The translations under genes were made by a program, and so were the position numbers. Below, one piece after another: positions 26,175 to 36,457 of a DNA stretch of 64,000 nt. A model generated the notes under the pieces. It was not told where the DNA came from and did not search any database. It worked only from the letters and a program-made list of their open reading frames with translations. The stretch comes from an uncultured Rhodothermaceae bacterium (lineage in GTDB: Bacteria > Bacteroidota > Rhodothermia > Rhodothermales > JAHQVL01), in contig CAZGHT010000016.1 in NCBI GenBank assembly GCA_964525535.1, positions 1,834 to 65,833 on the forward strand, written 5' to 3'. Positions within the stretch are counted from its first letter, which is position 1. The number at the start of each line of letters is the position of its first letter.

Positions 26175-28625
26175 GTGTGCTCGAACCCTGTCACATCTCT
26201 GATCTCGAGGTGCAGGGCACGGGGCGCCCTGCTCGCCGGGCTGATCTGTGCCATGCATCTGCTCTGCAGGGTACAACCCGCAGCCGGACAGCTGAACACG
26301 CTCAGCGGTTTCATTACAGACGCGGAAAGCGGGGAGCGCCTCATCGGGGCGAACGTCTGGGACAAAGCGTCGGAATCGGGGACGGCTTCGAATGCCTTCG
26401 GGTTTTTCAGCCTCACGCTGCCGGCTGGAGAGCGCCTCATACAGGTATCTTTTCTGGGGTACGAACCTGTCCGTCTGAAGGTGGACCTGGCCCGGAGCAT
26501 CCAGCTCAACGTAGCGATGTCTCCGAGGACATTGGGGCTCGAAGGGGTGCAGGTTACGGCGGAACGCATCGAGGACGAAGTGGCCTCCACCCAGATGAGT
26601 GCCATCGACCTCCCGGTCGAAGAGCTGAAGACGCTGCCCGCATTTTTGGGCGAAGTGGATGTCATCAAGGCGATCCAGCTTTTGCCCGGTGTGCAGTCCG
26701 GCACGGAGGGCAGCACCGGTCTGTACGTACGAGGCGGTGGACCCGACCAGAACCTGATCCTGCTCGACGGGGCGCCGGTATACAATGCGAGCCATGTGTT
26801 CGGTTTTTTGTCGGTCTTTAATGCCGATGCGCTCCAGCACGTACAACTTATCAAGGGCGGCTTTCCTGCGCGATACGGAGGGCGGCTTTCCTCGGTTATC
26901 GACCTGGGCATGAAGGAAGGCAACCTGAAGTCGTTCGAAGCCAACGGCACCATCGGTCTCGTTTTTTCTTCTCTCACGCTGCAAGGACCCATTGTGAAGG
27001 ACAAAGCCTCCTTCATCGTTTCGGCGAGACGCACCTACATTGACGTGCTGGCCCGTCCCTTCTTGAACAGCCGGCTGCCCGAAGGAGAAAACTATACCTC
27101 CTACTTCTACGATGCCAACGCAAAACTGAACGTGACCCTCTCCTCGCGCAGCCGGTTATACCTCAGCGTGTATACCGGGCGCGACGTGTACGGCGCCGAA
27201 TACGAAAATCGGTTCGAACGCGGGCGTGTCGTGTACCGGGATCGCAACAAAGGGGGAGCTGACTGGGGAAATCTGACCTCCACGCTCCGGTGGAATTATC
27301 TCTTGTCAGACCGGTTATTCAGCAATACGACGCTGGCGTTCAGCAAATACAACTTCGACATCGAGTCGCGCCTGACCCAGCTGGAGGAGCGATCGCCGCC
27401 GGTCGAAACCTTCGAAGAGGTGGTTTATCAATCCGGCATCGAAGACTTCAGAGCTTCGGTCGATTTCGACTATCGCCCCCGTCAGTCCCATTATATCCGC
27501 TTCGGAGCCAACCTCGTACAGCACCATTTTAATCCCGGCGTGAGTACGCTCCAGCTCCAACTGGCCCAGGCCGGCCTGACCGACACGACCCTGACTCCCA
27601 ATTCGTTTCCGTTCTCGGGCCTGGAAGGGTATCTGTACGTCGAGGACGACATTACCCTGTCCGATCGTATCAAGATAAATGCGGGCGTTCACGCCTCAGG
27701 TATGCGCGTCGAAGGAAGGACGTACCGTTCCGTCCAGCCACGGCTTGCCGTGCGATACCTGATCGGCCCGGACTGGTCGGTTAAAGGGTCCTTCAGTACG
27801 ATGCAGCAATATCTTCACTTGCTGACGAATACGGGTATCAATCTGCCTACAGATCTCTGGCTGGCCGCTACGGATCGCATAAAGCCTCAACACGCCTGGC
27901 AAGCGGCTATCGGAACCTACCACGCCTTTGAGGAAGGAGCCTATTCCGTGAGCCTGGAAGGGTATTACAAGCGCATGGATAACCTCATCGAGTACAAACC
28001 CGGGGCCAGTTTTATCACGCCCAACCAGGATTGGCAGGAAAAAGTGGCAGTGGGGGCGGGGTGGTCCACCGGGCTCGAACTATTGCTCAGGAAAAAGAAA
28101 GGAGCCACCAGGGGCTGGATCGGCTACACGTTGTCCTGGACACGCCGGAAGTTCGGGGCGCTTAATGACGGGGAAATATTCCCGTATCGATACGATCGCC
28201 GGCACGACCTGTCGATCGTGCTTACGCATACGCTCAAACCGAATTTGGATCTGGGGGTGACCTGGGTATACGGAACCGGACAGGCTATTACGCTGGCGAC
28301 GGGCCGTTTTATAGACGGGCGGCTCCTCGACCCCGGGTATTTCGATGGCTCTCGTTCGGCTCCGGAGCTCAGAGAGTTCGGCCCTCGGGGAGGGTACCGG
28401 ATGGCGGCGTATCATCGTCTCGATATCGCATTGAACTGGCATTTCGAAAAGGCCTTTTTCAGCAACGCCGGCCAGGGGACACTCGCCGCAGGGGCGTACA
28501 ATGCCTACAGCCGGAGGAATCCTTTTTACCTGTTCACGGCGAATGCCCCAGACGGATCCCGGCAATATCGACAGGCCAGCCTGTTTCCGGTATTGCCCTT
28601 TGTTTCTTATCGTTTCGAATTTTGA
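26175..28625 (+). CDS. TonB-dependent receptor (CarboxypepD_reg + plug + barrel, no STN)
   Basis: LSGFITDAESGERLIGANVW; plug block IKAIQLLPGVQSG.EGS.GLYVRGG..DQNLILLDGAPVYN; C-terminal ...SYRFEF. The GTG start is 3 nt after the previous stop. Confidence 0.88.
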   Translation: MCSNPVTSLISRCRARGALLAGLICAMHLLCRVQPAAGQLNTLSGFITDAESGERLIGANVWDKASESGTASNAFGFFSLTLPAGERLIQVSFLGYEPVRLKVDLARSIQLNVAMSPRTLGLEGVQVTAERIEDEVASTQMSAIDLPVEELKTLPAFLGEVDVIKAIQLLPGVQSGTEGSTGLYVRGGGPDQNLILLDGAPVYNASHVFGFLSVFNADALQHVQLIKGGFPARYGGRLSSVIDLGMKEGNLKSFEANGTIGLVFSSLTLQGPIVKDKASFIVSARRTYIDVLARPFLNSRLPEGENYTSYFYDANAKLNVTLSSRSRLYLSVYTGRDVYGAEYENRFERGRVVYRDRNKGGADWGNLTSTLRWNYLLSDRLFSNTTLAFSKYNFDIESRLTQLEERSPPVETFEEVVYQSGIEDFRASVDFDYRPRQSHYIRFGANLVQHHFNPGVSTLQLQLAQAGLTDTTLTPNSFPFSGLEGYLYVEDDITLSDRIKINAGVHASGMRVEGRTYRSVQPRLAVRYLIGPDWSVKGSFSTMQQYLHLLTNTGINLPTDLWLAATDRIKPQHAWQAAIGTYHAFEEGAYSVSLEGYYKRMDNLIEYKPGASFITPNQDWQEKVAVGAGWSTGLELLLRKKKGATRGWIGYTLSWTRRKFGALNDGEIFPYRYDRRHDLSIVLTHTLKPNLDLGVTWVYGTGQAITLATGRFIDGRLLDPGYFDGSRSAPELREFGPRGGYRMAAYHRLDIALNWHFEKAFFSNAGQGTLAAGAYNAYSRRNPFYLFTANAPDGSRQYRQASLFPVLPFVSYRFEF

Positions 28626-28643
28626 ACAACCATCGACCTGATC

Positions 28644-29690
28644 ATGAAAGATTGGCCCCACGTGATGCGCCTTTTCGGGCTGGCCGGCATGGTTGCCCTG
28701 GCTGCGTGCGAGACGGTCGTTAGCGTCGATACACCGGCCTACGAACCGAGACTCGTGCCCCAGGCCTTTTTTACGTCAGACAGCCTGTGGGTGGTCCAGG
28801 TCAACCAGACGGTCGCATTCACGAGTATAGAGCGACCTCCTCCCGTCGATCACGCTACCGTTCAGATCTGGCGGGGGGATGAACTGTTCACTCAACTGGT
28901 GCGTTCGGATTCAGGGATCTACCGGGCCCAGAACACCAGCCGGCCTCGCCCGGGAGAGCGTTATACGCTGCACGTCGAAGCGCCCGGGTTTTTGCCTACT
29001 TCTGGGGGGGATGCCTTGCCCGGGCCTCCGGCCATCACCGGGTTGGAGGCCGTCAGCATCCCCCCTGAGACCCCCCAGACACGCCTGCTGCGGCGCGTAG
29101 AGGTCGCGTTGGATCTGCAGGATGAAGCCGGGATCGAGAATTATTACGGCATCTTTCTGGTGCAGGCCCGCCTTTTCGAAGAACGCTCTACAGGAACCTT
29201 GACTCCGTATCCCCCCTCGGTATTCATCTTCGAGAGTACAAACCCGGTCTTCGACGATAGCGAATTCGATTTTATCGACACGGATGCCCCTCAATTCGTA
29301 GAAGCATTCTTTACCGACGATTTGTTTGACGGCAGGGCCTATTCGATCGATCTCGCTTTTCGATATGACGTCTCAGATCCCGCTCAGGACGTCCAGATTC
29401 ACCGCGCCTTCGCGGTCGTAGTGTTGTCGGTCAGTGAGGATTTCTTCCGGTTCTGGAAGACGGCCAGCGAGCAGGGATTTTCCAACGAAAATCCGTTTGC
29501 CGAACCGCTGCGTGTCCATTCCAACATGTCGGGCGGACTGGGTGTATTTGCCGGTTTCCAGTTTCAGGCTTATCCCGTTGCGGTTGATACGCTCGCGTAC
29601 AGCAACGTGTGTGAGTATATATCTTCCCACCGCCGGTTATGTGACTCGCTGCTCCAGACGTCCCCGTTGTCCATTTTGCGGTTTCGATAA
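28644..29690 (+). CDS. DUF4249-like lipoprotein (usual partner of this TBDR type)
   Basis: 348 aa with lipobox ALAAC, then YEPRLVPQAFFTSDSLWVVQV. Its position immediately downstream of the TBDR is typical for the family. Confidence 0.65.
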   Translation: MKDWPHVMRLFGLAGMVALAACETVVSVDTPAYEPRLVPQAFFTSDSLWVVQVNQTVAFTSIERPPPVDHATVQIWRGDELFTQLVRSDSGIYRAQNTSRPRPGERYTLHVEAPGFLPTSGGDALPGPPAITGLEAVSIPPETPQTRLLRRVEVALDLQDEAGIENYYGIFLVQARLFEERSTGTLTPYPPSVFIFESTNPVFDDSEFDFIDTDAPQFVEAFFTDDLFDGRAYSIDLAFRYDVSDPAQDVQIHRAFAVVVLSVSEDFFRFWKTASEQGFSNENPFAEPLRVHSNMSGGLGVFAGFQFQAYPVAVDTLAYSNVCEYISSHRRLCDSLLQTSPLSILRFR

Positions 29691-29783
29691 CTATTTTTTC
29701 CTGAGGCCGGCCTCTTACGTACCCCGGGCTGGTGTGGGGTCATAGCTATAAACGAAGACCAACCAAATCATTCAGGTGTATCT

Positions 29784-30089
29784 ATGAAAACGTTGAACCA
29801 CTCATGTATCATGATCATCACAGCCTGCCTTCTCGTGTTCGGGCTCTCAGGGTGTGACACCTTTGAGGACATTTTCGAAAACGAACAGGAAGTATCCGGC
29901 GCCATCGAACAGATCGGCGATGACTTTGTGGTTGTTGATGCAACGCGATTCGTCGTTACGGCAGATACCCAGTACGACGGGATCGCCGGGCTCGGTGATC
30001 TATCCGTCGGCGACGATGTCGAGGTCGAGTACGAAGATCGTGGAGGGCAACGCGTGGCGGTCGAGATCGAATTCGGCGACAACGACTAG
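29784..30089 (+). CDS. Small acidic lipoprotein, hypothetical
   Basis: 101 aa with lipobox FGLSGC and a beta-rich acidic body. I recognise no family. Confidence 0.55.
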   Translation: MKTLNHSCIMIITACLLVFGLSGCDTFEDIFENEQEVSGAIEQIGDDFVVVDATRFVVTADTQYDGIAGLGDLSVGDDVEVEYEDRGGQRVAVEIEFGDND

Positions 30090-30101
30090 ATGCGTCTCAG
30101 T

Positions 30102-30121
30102 CCTCCCCCGACCGGGGGAGG
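30102..30121 (+). terminator. GC-rich stem-loop 12 nt after the stop codon (no U-tract)
   Basis: CCTCCCCCG-AC-CGGGGGAGG read directly. There is no following T-run, so terminator function is uncertain. Confidence 0.35.
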
Positions 30122-30414
30122 ATGCCCATCCACTGACGGTGGTACAGCCAGGGATTGCGGGTGGGCTCTTCGCCCCTGAGTACCTTTAATCGAATTCAGG
30201 TGGGTACCATCACTGAGTAACTAAACGCAGATCCCCGCAGTGAGCCATGAGGCGCGCAACGATGAGATACGGAATTTCTCCGCCGGCCTTCTAAAGATGC
30301 AGCCAAAGGTGCAAAAGGTCGGGCCGGGCCCTTGCATCCGACTCGCTTGACCAATATTATCCTTGCAGATTCCCCCCGGGAAAAAATTCCGTTCTGTAGC
30401 AGGCAAGTGATCCT

Positions 30415-31734
30415 ATGGCAAGCAACACCGAATACTTCGAAGGCATCTCCACCATCCCTTTTGTAGGCCCCGATTCTACCGACCCCCTGGGGTTTCGTTA
30501 TTACGACCCGGACCGCGTCGTCGCCGGCAAGACGCTGCGCGACCATTTTAAGTTCGCCTGCGCCTACTGGCATTCCTTCGTGAACGGTGGAGGCGACCCG
30601 TTTGGCCCCCCGACCAAACAATTTCCCTGGGATGCGTCCAGCGATCCCCTGACCCGCGCCCGGGATAAGATGGACGCGGCCTTCGAATTCATGTCCAAGC
30701 TGGGGCTCGAATATTTTTGTTTTCACGACTACGATCTCGTCGACGAAGGCGAGACCCTGGCCGAGTCGGAGCGGCGCCTCTCTGCCATCACCGATTATGC
30801 GTTGGAGAACATGGAGGAGACCGGCATCAAGGTCTTGTGGGGGACGGCCAACCTGTTTTCGAATCCGAGGTATATGAACGGGGCCGCCACGAACCCGGAT
30901 TTTGACGTCGTCTGCTACGCAGCGGGGCAGGTCAGGCTGGCGCTGGATGCCACGATCAAACTCGGCGGGGAAAACTACGTGTTCTGGGGCGGCCGCGAAG
31001 GATATATGTCGCTGCTGAACACCGAGATGAAGAAAGAGCAGGACCATATGGCGCGGTTTCTCATGATGGCCAGGGATTACGCGAGGAGCCAGGGGTTCAC
31101 CGGCACGTTCTTTATCGAGCCCAAACCGTGTGAGCCGACCAAACACCAGTACGATTACGACGCGGCGACCGTGATTGCATTTCTTCAGACCTATGGGTTG
31201 ACGGACGATTTCAAGCTGAATATCGAAGTCAATCACGCTACCCTGGCCGGTCACACCTTCGAACACGAACTCCAGGTAGCCGCCAATGCCGGTCTGTTGG
31301 GGAGCATCGACGCCAACCGCGGGGATTACCAGAATGGCTGGGATACCGATCAGTTTCCCACGAACCTGTACGAGTTGACCGAGGCCATGCTCGTCTTCCT
31401 GCGCAGCGGCGGCTTACAGGGTGGAGGCATCAACTTCGATGCAAAAACACGGAGGAACTCGACCGATCTCGTCGATCTCTTTTATGCGCACATCGGGGGG
31501 ATGGATGTCTTTGCACGCGCTCTCATCACGGCCGATCAGGTCATGCAGCATTCGCCGCTCGAAAGCATGCGGGCCGCCCGGTACGCCTCGTTCGATTCGG
31601 TGGATGGACAGGCCTTCGAGCAGGGCAAACGGTCTTTGCAGGACCTGGCCGCTCTCGCCGCCGAAAAGGGGCAACCTGCCATGACCAGCGGGCAGCAAGA
31701 ACTCTACGAGAACATCTTGAATTTTTACCTTTGA
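30415..31734 (+). CDS. xylA: Xylose isomerase
   Basis: 439 aa. [65 protein letters not shown]. Confidence 0.95.
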   Translation: MASNTEYFEGISTIPFVGPDSTDPLGFRYYDPDRVVAGKTLRDHFKFACAYWHSFVNGGGDPFGPPTKQFPWDASSDPLTRARDKMDAAFEFMSKLGLEYFCFHDYDLVDEGETLAESERRLSAITDYALENMEETGIKVLWGTANLFSNPRYMNGAATNPDFDVVCYAAGQVRLALDATIKLGGENYVFWGGREGYMSLLNTEMKKEQDHMARFLMMARDYARSQGFTGTFFIEPKPCEPTKHQYDYDAATVIAFLQTYGLTDDFKLNIEVNHATLAGHTFEHELQVAANAGLLGSIDANRGDYQNGWDTDQFPTNLYELTEAMLVFLRSGGLQGGGINFDAKTRRNSTDLVDLFYAHIGGMDVFARALITADQVMQHSPLESMRAARYASFDSVDGQAFEQGKRSLQDLAALAAEKGQPAMTSGQQELYENILNFYL

Positions 31735-31853
31735 TCGGAATGATTTTTGACCCGTGATTACGCCTATCTAGATGAAGAAAATGCTGTGCTCAGTATAGCG
31801 TACTGCGCCTCTCGCATGTCGTAAGCACATTGAGGCCAAGCCATCCTTTATTT

Positions 31854-32429
31854 ATGCCGGAATCACGAGATGCCTCGGACGAAGACCTGTCTGGCCGTAT
31901 AAAGAACGGAGATCCCCACGCCTTCAAAGAGTTGTTCGATGCGAATTACGGTTCATTGTTCAGGTTCTTCATTCACCGCGGCATGGATCCTGGTCGAGCC
32001 GAAGACATGGCGCAGGATATCTTTGTGCGGGTTTGGCTGAATCGAGATCGTTTGAAGCCGGGCAGTTCGTTGCGTGCGTACCTGTTTCAGGCAGCGGCCA
32101 ACGAGATCGGGATGTACCTTCGGAAGAAGAAAGTGCGTGACGATTATGCCTCCGATGTACGACAGAATACCGCCCCCTTCTCGCCTCCCATCCAGGATTT
32201 CGATCGAAAGCAGCACATTCAAAAAGCGATCGATGCACTGCCCGAGCCCTTGCAAGACGTATTCGTGCTGCATCGGTACGACGAGCTGACCTACAAAGAA
32301 ATAGCCCTCCTCAGGAGAGTCTCGGTCAAGACGGTCGAAAGCAGGATGAGCAAAGCGCTCAAGCTGTTGCGAAATCACCTTCATCATCTGGTTCATTCGA
32401 TAATAGCTACGCTCATATGGGTGATATAG
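31854..32429 (+). CDS. ECF-type RNA polymerase sigma-70 factor
   Basis: Region 2 (DMAQDIFVRVW) and region 4 (LTYKEIALLRRVSVKTVESRM). I preferred the ATG at 31854; a TTG at 31830 is also possible. Confidence 0.88.
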   Translation: MPESRDASDEDLSGRIKNGDPHAFKELFDANYGSLFRFFIHRGMDPGRAEDMAQDIFVRVWLNRDRLKPGSSLRAYLFQAAANEIGMYLRKKKVRDDYASDVRQNTAPFSPPIQDFDRKQHIQKAIDALPEPLQDVFVLHRYDELTYKEIALLRRVSVKTVESRMSKALKLLRNHLHHLVHSIIATLIWVI

Positions 32430-32458
32430 GGTCATATCGTGCTGGCGCATATCTCATT

Positions 32459-35263
32459 ATGTACACAACAATGAGATCGAGACGTGTTATCCTGATACGT
32501 CTGTTCCGAGCATTCGTGGCTTTTCTGTGTGTCATGACACTCGTACATCGAGGGAAGGCACAGACCCGGGATTCAATGGCGAACGACAGAGAAATGGATC
32601 GAACGGTGCTTCGCAATGAAGCGAATCTTTCGCTGCACTTCGAGGAGGTGCCGCTGGATGAAGCGCTGCGCATGCTGGAGCGCACGACGGGGGGGCGCAT
32701 CGTATTCAATGACCGGATTGTTCGTCAGCATCGTGTGTCAGGTACGTTTTCCGGGCGTCATTTGAGCGAAGTCCTCCATGAAATGCTCGCCGGTTTGCCC
32801 TTACGCGTGCACACCGTAAGCGAAAATCAGCTGGTGATTGCACCGGAGACCGACCGGGGGCAAAACAACCGGGTGGATCGCAGGCAGGTGAGCGGCGTTG
32901 TACTGGATCTGGAAACGAAAGAGCCGCTTTCCGGGGCCTCGATCTACGTGAAGGGCGCCATGAAGGGAGGGATCACCAACCATCAGGGGCATTTTTCACT
33001 GGCCTGGTCCCCACCCTCGATCGGTGGATCGTACCCGGCAACGCCCGATACGATCGTCGTTCGTCACATCGGCTACGAAGCGGTGTACATCCCCACGGAT
33101 CTGCTTTCGCCCGGTTTGGACTTACGGGTGGAACTGGGTATCCAAGCCGTTTCGTTGGAAGCGGTGGAAGTGACGGCGGAGAGAAACGAAAACGACGTGA
33201 CCTCACGCAAAACGAGCCAGTATCAGCTCGTACCCAGCGAACTCGAATGGTTGCCCAGTTCGTCCGATAACGCCATGTTGCGGGCCTTGCAGTTACTGCC
33301 CGGCATTTCCGGAGGTCAAGACGGGCGGGCCCAAATCGCCTTCCGGGGAGGGACGCCGTTCCAACATCTCTTCAGGCTGAACGGCATCACCCTTTATCAC
33401 ACCCATCACCTGTTCGGGTTCAGCAGCGCCATTAACGAAGAAGTCATTGGCCGGCTCGATGTGTACAAAGGAGGATTTCCGGCCCGGTTCGGTGGACGAA
33501 CGAGCGGCGTGTTGCACGCCGTCGGCCGCAAGGGAGACTTCGATCGCCTCCAGCTGAGCTTCGGACTCAACGGCTTACATGCAGGTGGATGGTTGAATGT
33601 GCCGCTTGCCGGTCGTGGTTCGGTACAGCTTGCCTTCCGAAGGTCGTTTACGGAAATTTTCGAGTCCCCCCTGTATCGCAATCGACTCAGTGGTACGCTG
33701 GGGCGGTTCGAAAACGACGAAGAATCCATCGAGGTGATGCTTCCCCCGGATCGGTTGAAATACGGCGATTTTTTTGCCCAGGTATACTACCATCCAGGCG
33801 CCCGAAGTACGCTGTCGTTGACGGCCTACGAAAGTAATGACGAGCTCAACTATGCCTATGTGGATCCAGCATTGAACATTTCTGAAGATGAGGAAGAGCC
33901 CTTTTTCGTTAACTTCGAAGAGAACAATGGGGCGGAGGCCCACACACAGGGCCTTGCCGGTTCGCTGCAATTTCACCATTCCAGGTCCATGACCGGTACG
34001 ATGGAAGTCGCTTATACGCGTTTTCAAAATCACTTTGTCTACGATACCCGATTTACCAACGAAGAATTCGATCAACAAATCGTTTCCGGAAACGACAACA
34101 CCCTCACGGATTTTTCCCTCCGGCTGGGGCACCTTGTCTCTTTCGGGGTCGACGACCGCCTGGAGCTGGGGGGCTGGTTGTCGAAAACGGAGGTCGGGTA
34201 CACGTATTTCGAGAACGAGGACCGCGAATTCATAATGAACCGGGGGTTCATGCAAGGGGTGTATCTGCAGAATGACGTTGCACTCGGCCAGCGCATCCGG
34301 TTAGGGACGGGGCTTCGTACCACCTGGTATTCCCTGAAGCGCGCTGCGTATTTCGAGCCGCGGGTCGACATCGAGTATAACGTGTTTGGCCCCCTGTTCT
34401 TCAAAACAGCCTGGGGGGTTTATTATCAGTTCATCGATCGTCTGGATCATCTCGACATTCTGGATGAACGGTCCGGGTTCTGGGTGTTGGCCGACAAGGC
34501 CATCTTCCCAACGCGGTCTGTGCATCGTATTGTGGGATTTCGTGTGGAGGGCCGGCAGCGTTCCGCTGAGGTCGAATTTTATTCCAACCGCCTGGGAGGC
34601 CTCAGCGAGCTGGGGCAACCGACAGGATCGGACAGCCAGTTGATCGATGAAGAGGAGCTTTTTGTCGGGGGGAAAGGCTGGCAGACAGGGCTCGAAATGA
34701 TGGTGAAGCAGGAGAGAGGGCCCGTCAAAGGATGGATCAGCTACGCGTTTTCCCGGTCGGAGCGCTTGCTCCCGGACCGCAATCAAGGTGTGATATATCC
34801 TACCTCACAGGATCACAGGCACTCGGCCTCCCTGGTCGCTTACTACGCGAGAGGCCCCTGGCAGGGGTCCCTCAGCTGGCAGCTTACCTCGGGCCAGCCG
34901 TATACGCGGATTGACGAGGCGTTCTACGAACGGGCCGTCGAAGAGGAGCTGGAAATCACCAATCCGGAATTCTTCGAGGGAGACTTGCAGGAGGCATTGG
35001 AGGGCAATGTGATACGCCTGCTGTATGCGGAATCGCTCAACGGCACCAGGCACGCGGCGTCCCATCGCCTGGATCTCTCGGTCGCCCGGCGTTTCATCGT
35101 GGGGGATGTCTTTGTAGACCTCGGTCTCACCCTGTACAACCTGTACAACCACCGCAACATCTGGCGTCGCGATTACAACCAGTATAGCGTACCGCTGCAG
35201 GCGATCGATTACCAATCACCGGGATTTACGCCGGCAGTGACCTTGCGCGTAGCGTATCTATAG
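32459..35263 (+). CDS. TonB-dependent receptor with STN signalling domain and CarboxypepD_reg-like domain
   Basis: STN block VPLDEALRMLERTTGGRIVF...LSEVLHEMLAGLPL. VSGVVLDLETKEPLSGASIYV. Plug block LRALQLLPGISGG. I chose the ATG at 32459. Confidence 0.85.
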   Translation: MYTTMRSRRVILIRLFRAFVAFLCVMTLVHRGKAQTRDSMANDREMDRTVLRNEANLSLHFEEVPLDEALRMLERTTGGRIVFNDRIVRQHRVSGTFSGRHLSEVLHEMLAGLPLRVHTVSENQLVIAPETDRGQNNRVDRRQVSGVVLDLETKEPLSGASIYVKGAMKGGITNHQGHFSLAWSPPSIGGSYPATPDTIVVRHIGYEAVYIPTDLLSPGLDLRVELGIQAVSLEAVEVTAERNENDVTSRKTSQYQLVPSELEWLPSSSDNAMLRALQLLPGISGGQDGRAQIAFRGGTPFQHLFRLNGITLYHTHHLFGFSSAINEEVIGRLDVYKGGFPARFGGRTSGVLHAVGRKGDFDRLQLSFGLNGLHAGGWLNVPLAGRGSVQLAFRRSFTEIFESPLYRNRLSGTLGRFENDEESIEVMLPPDRLKYGDFFAQVYYHPGARSTLSLTAYESNDELNYAYVDPALNISEDEEEPFFVNFEENNGAEAHTQGLAGSLQFHHSRSMTGTMEVAYTRFQNHFVYDTRFTNEEFDQQIVSGNDNTLTDFSLRLGHLVSFGVDDRLELGGWLSKTEVGYTYFENEDREFIMNRGFMQGVYLQNDVALGQRIRLGTGLRTTWYSLKRAAYFEPRVDIEYNVFGPLFFKTAWGVYYQFIDRLDHLDILDERSGFWVLADKAIFPTRSVHRIVGFRVEGRQRSAEVEFYSNRLGGLSELGQPTGSDSQLIDEEELFVGGKGWQTGLEMMVKQERGPVKGWISYAFSRSERLLPDRNQGVIYPTSQDHRHSASLVAYYARGPWQGSLSWQLTSGQPYTRIDEAFYERAVEEELEITNPEFFEGDLQEALEGNVIRLLYAESLNGTRHAASHRLDLSVARRFIVGDVFVDLGLTLYNLYNHRNIWRRDYNQYSVPLQAIDYQSPGFTPAVTLRVAYL

Positions 35264-35273
35264 CTCCCTATCT

Positions 35274-36272
35274 ATGATGGAATACGACGATCAGACATAC
35301 TACGTGCTGATGCTCAAGTCTCTGGAGCAAGAGATCACGGAGCAGGAAAGGAACGTGCTCACTGCGTGGCTCGCCGCTTCGCCGTCGAACCGGCGGCAAT
35401 TTGAGCAGGTGGAACGCGTCTGGGAAGCCACGGCCCCCTCCCCCAGGCGGTCGGAGCCCAACCATGAGGAGGCCTGGCGCGTTGTGGTAGAACGAACCGG
35501 TCTGCCCGATTCGGGCGATCGCGCACCCGTACGGCGCATCGGGAGGTCCTCGCTCTGGCGATACAGGTGGCTGGTCGTGCCGGCGGTTATTCTTTTTGCA
35601 TCGGCGATCTGGATGTTGATGCCTCGCTCCCCTCGAATGGTAGAAGTGGCGGCCGGTACGGCAGGCTCACGTACCGTGTATCTGCCGGATAGCTCGCTGG
35701 TGCGGCTCAATCCTGGCGCCCATTTGCGTTTTCAGGAGGCCTTTTCCGGAGCAACACGAGCCGTTATCCTCGAGGGGGATGCTTTCTTCACCGTTAAAAA
35801 AGGGGATCGATCGTTTGTCGTCGTCCACCAGGCTGTGGAAGTCGAAGTGCTGGGCACCCAATTCAGCGTCCGGGTGCGCGAGCGCCAGACGCGTGTAGTC
35901 GTTCAGGAAGGACGGGTGCGTGTGCAGTCTCGCAAGGCTCCGGACGTGCAGGTGGAACTGCTGGCCGGCGAAGGGGCCGCCTGGGTCGAGGACGCCCGTT
36001 TCGCTGCGCTCGATAGCACCGCTGTTCGAGACGGACTGGATTGGATCGGCGGCGTGGTCCTCTTCGAGCAGACCGCATTTACAGACGCTGCTGAAAAGCT
36101 CGCTCGTGTGTTCGGCAAGGCGATCGACGTGTCCGATCCCGCGCTGGGCCAGCAATTCGTTTCCGGCAGTATTGAGCTCGTCGATGGGGTGCAGGCCCTG
36201 AATACACTCTGTCTCACCCTTTCAACTCCCTGCACCGTCGTTTCCGCAGGCGATACGCTCGTCGTGGAATAA
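35274..36272 (+). CDS. FecR-family anti-sigma/transmembrane sensor
   Basis: 332 aa with TM segment WLVVPAVILFASAIWML and the FecR block GDAFFTVKKGDRSFVVVHQAVEVEVLGTQFSV. Confidence 0.85.
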   Translation: MMEYDDQTYYVLMLKSLEQEITEQERNVLTAWLAASPSNRRQFEQVERVWEATAPSPRRSEPNHEEAWRVVVERTGLPDSGDRAPVRRIGRSSLWRYRWLVVPAVILFASAIWMLMPRSPRMVEVAAGTAGSRTVYLPDSSLVRLNPGAHLRFQEAFSGATRAVILEGDAFFTVKKGDRSFVVVHQAVEVEVLGTQFSVRVRERQTRVVVQEGRVRVQSRKAPDVQVELLAGEGAAWVEDARFAALDSTAVRDGLDWIGGVVLFEQTAFTDAAEKLARVFGKAIDVSDPALGQQFVSGSIELVDGVQALNTLCLTLSTPCTVVSAGDTLVVE

Positions 36273-36457
36273 CGCCAGGCCTGCCCATCCAACCGCGAAG
36301 ATACGTGATACCCTGTTCTGGTACACCATGTATCTGGTATTATGTACTCGACAAGGATAGGGTACGATCGACTTCATGCATATCAACAGGTAAAGCCCAC
36401 CCCTGACCCGGCGCTCGATCAGGCGTCCGATTCTAACAATCATTCCGATGTATTGAT

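Noticed and set aside
26025-27034. Two overlapping minus-strand ORFs (319 and 288 aa) antisense to the TonB-dependent receptor genes
   Set aside because: They are antisense shadow ORFs. The plus strand encodes unambiguous plug and barrel motifs, and the minus-strand translations have no family resemblance.
30196-31266. 356-aa minus-strand ORF antisense to xylA. Similar long antisense ORFs lie at 39974-40990, 45436-46407, 47841-48890, 50383-51216, 52575-53402 and 60142-61119.
   Set aside because: Each lies opposite a gene with strong, specific homology motifs. Their compositions are Arg/Gly/Pro-rich, as expected from reverse-frame GC-rich coding DNA.
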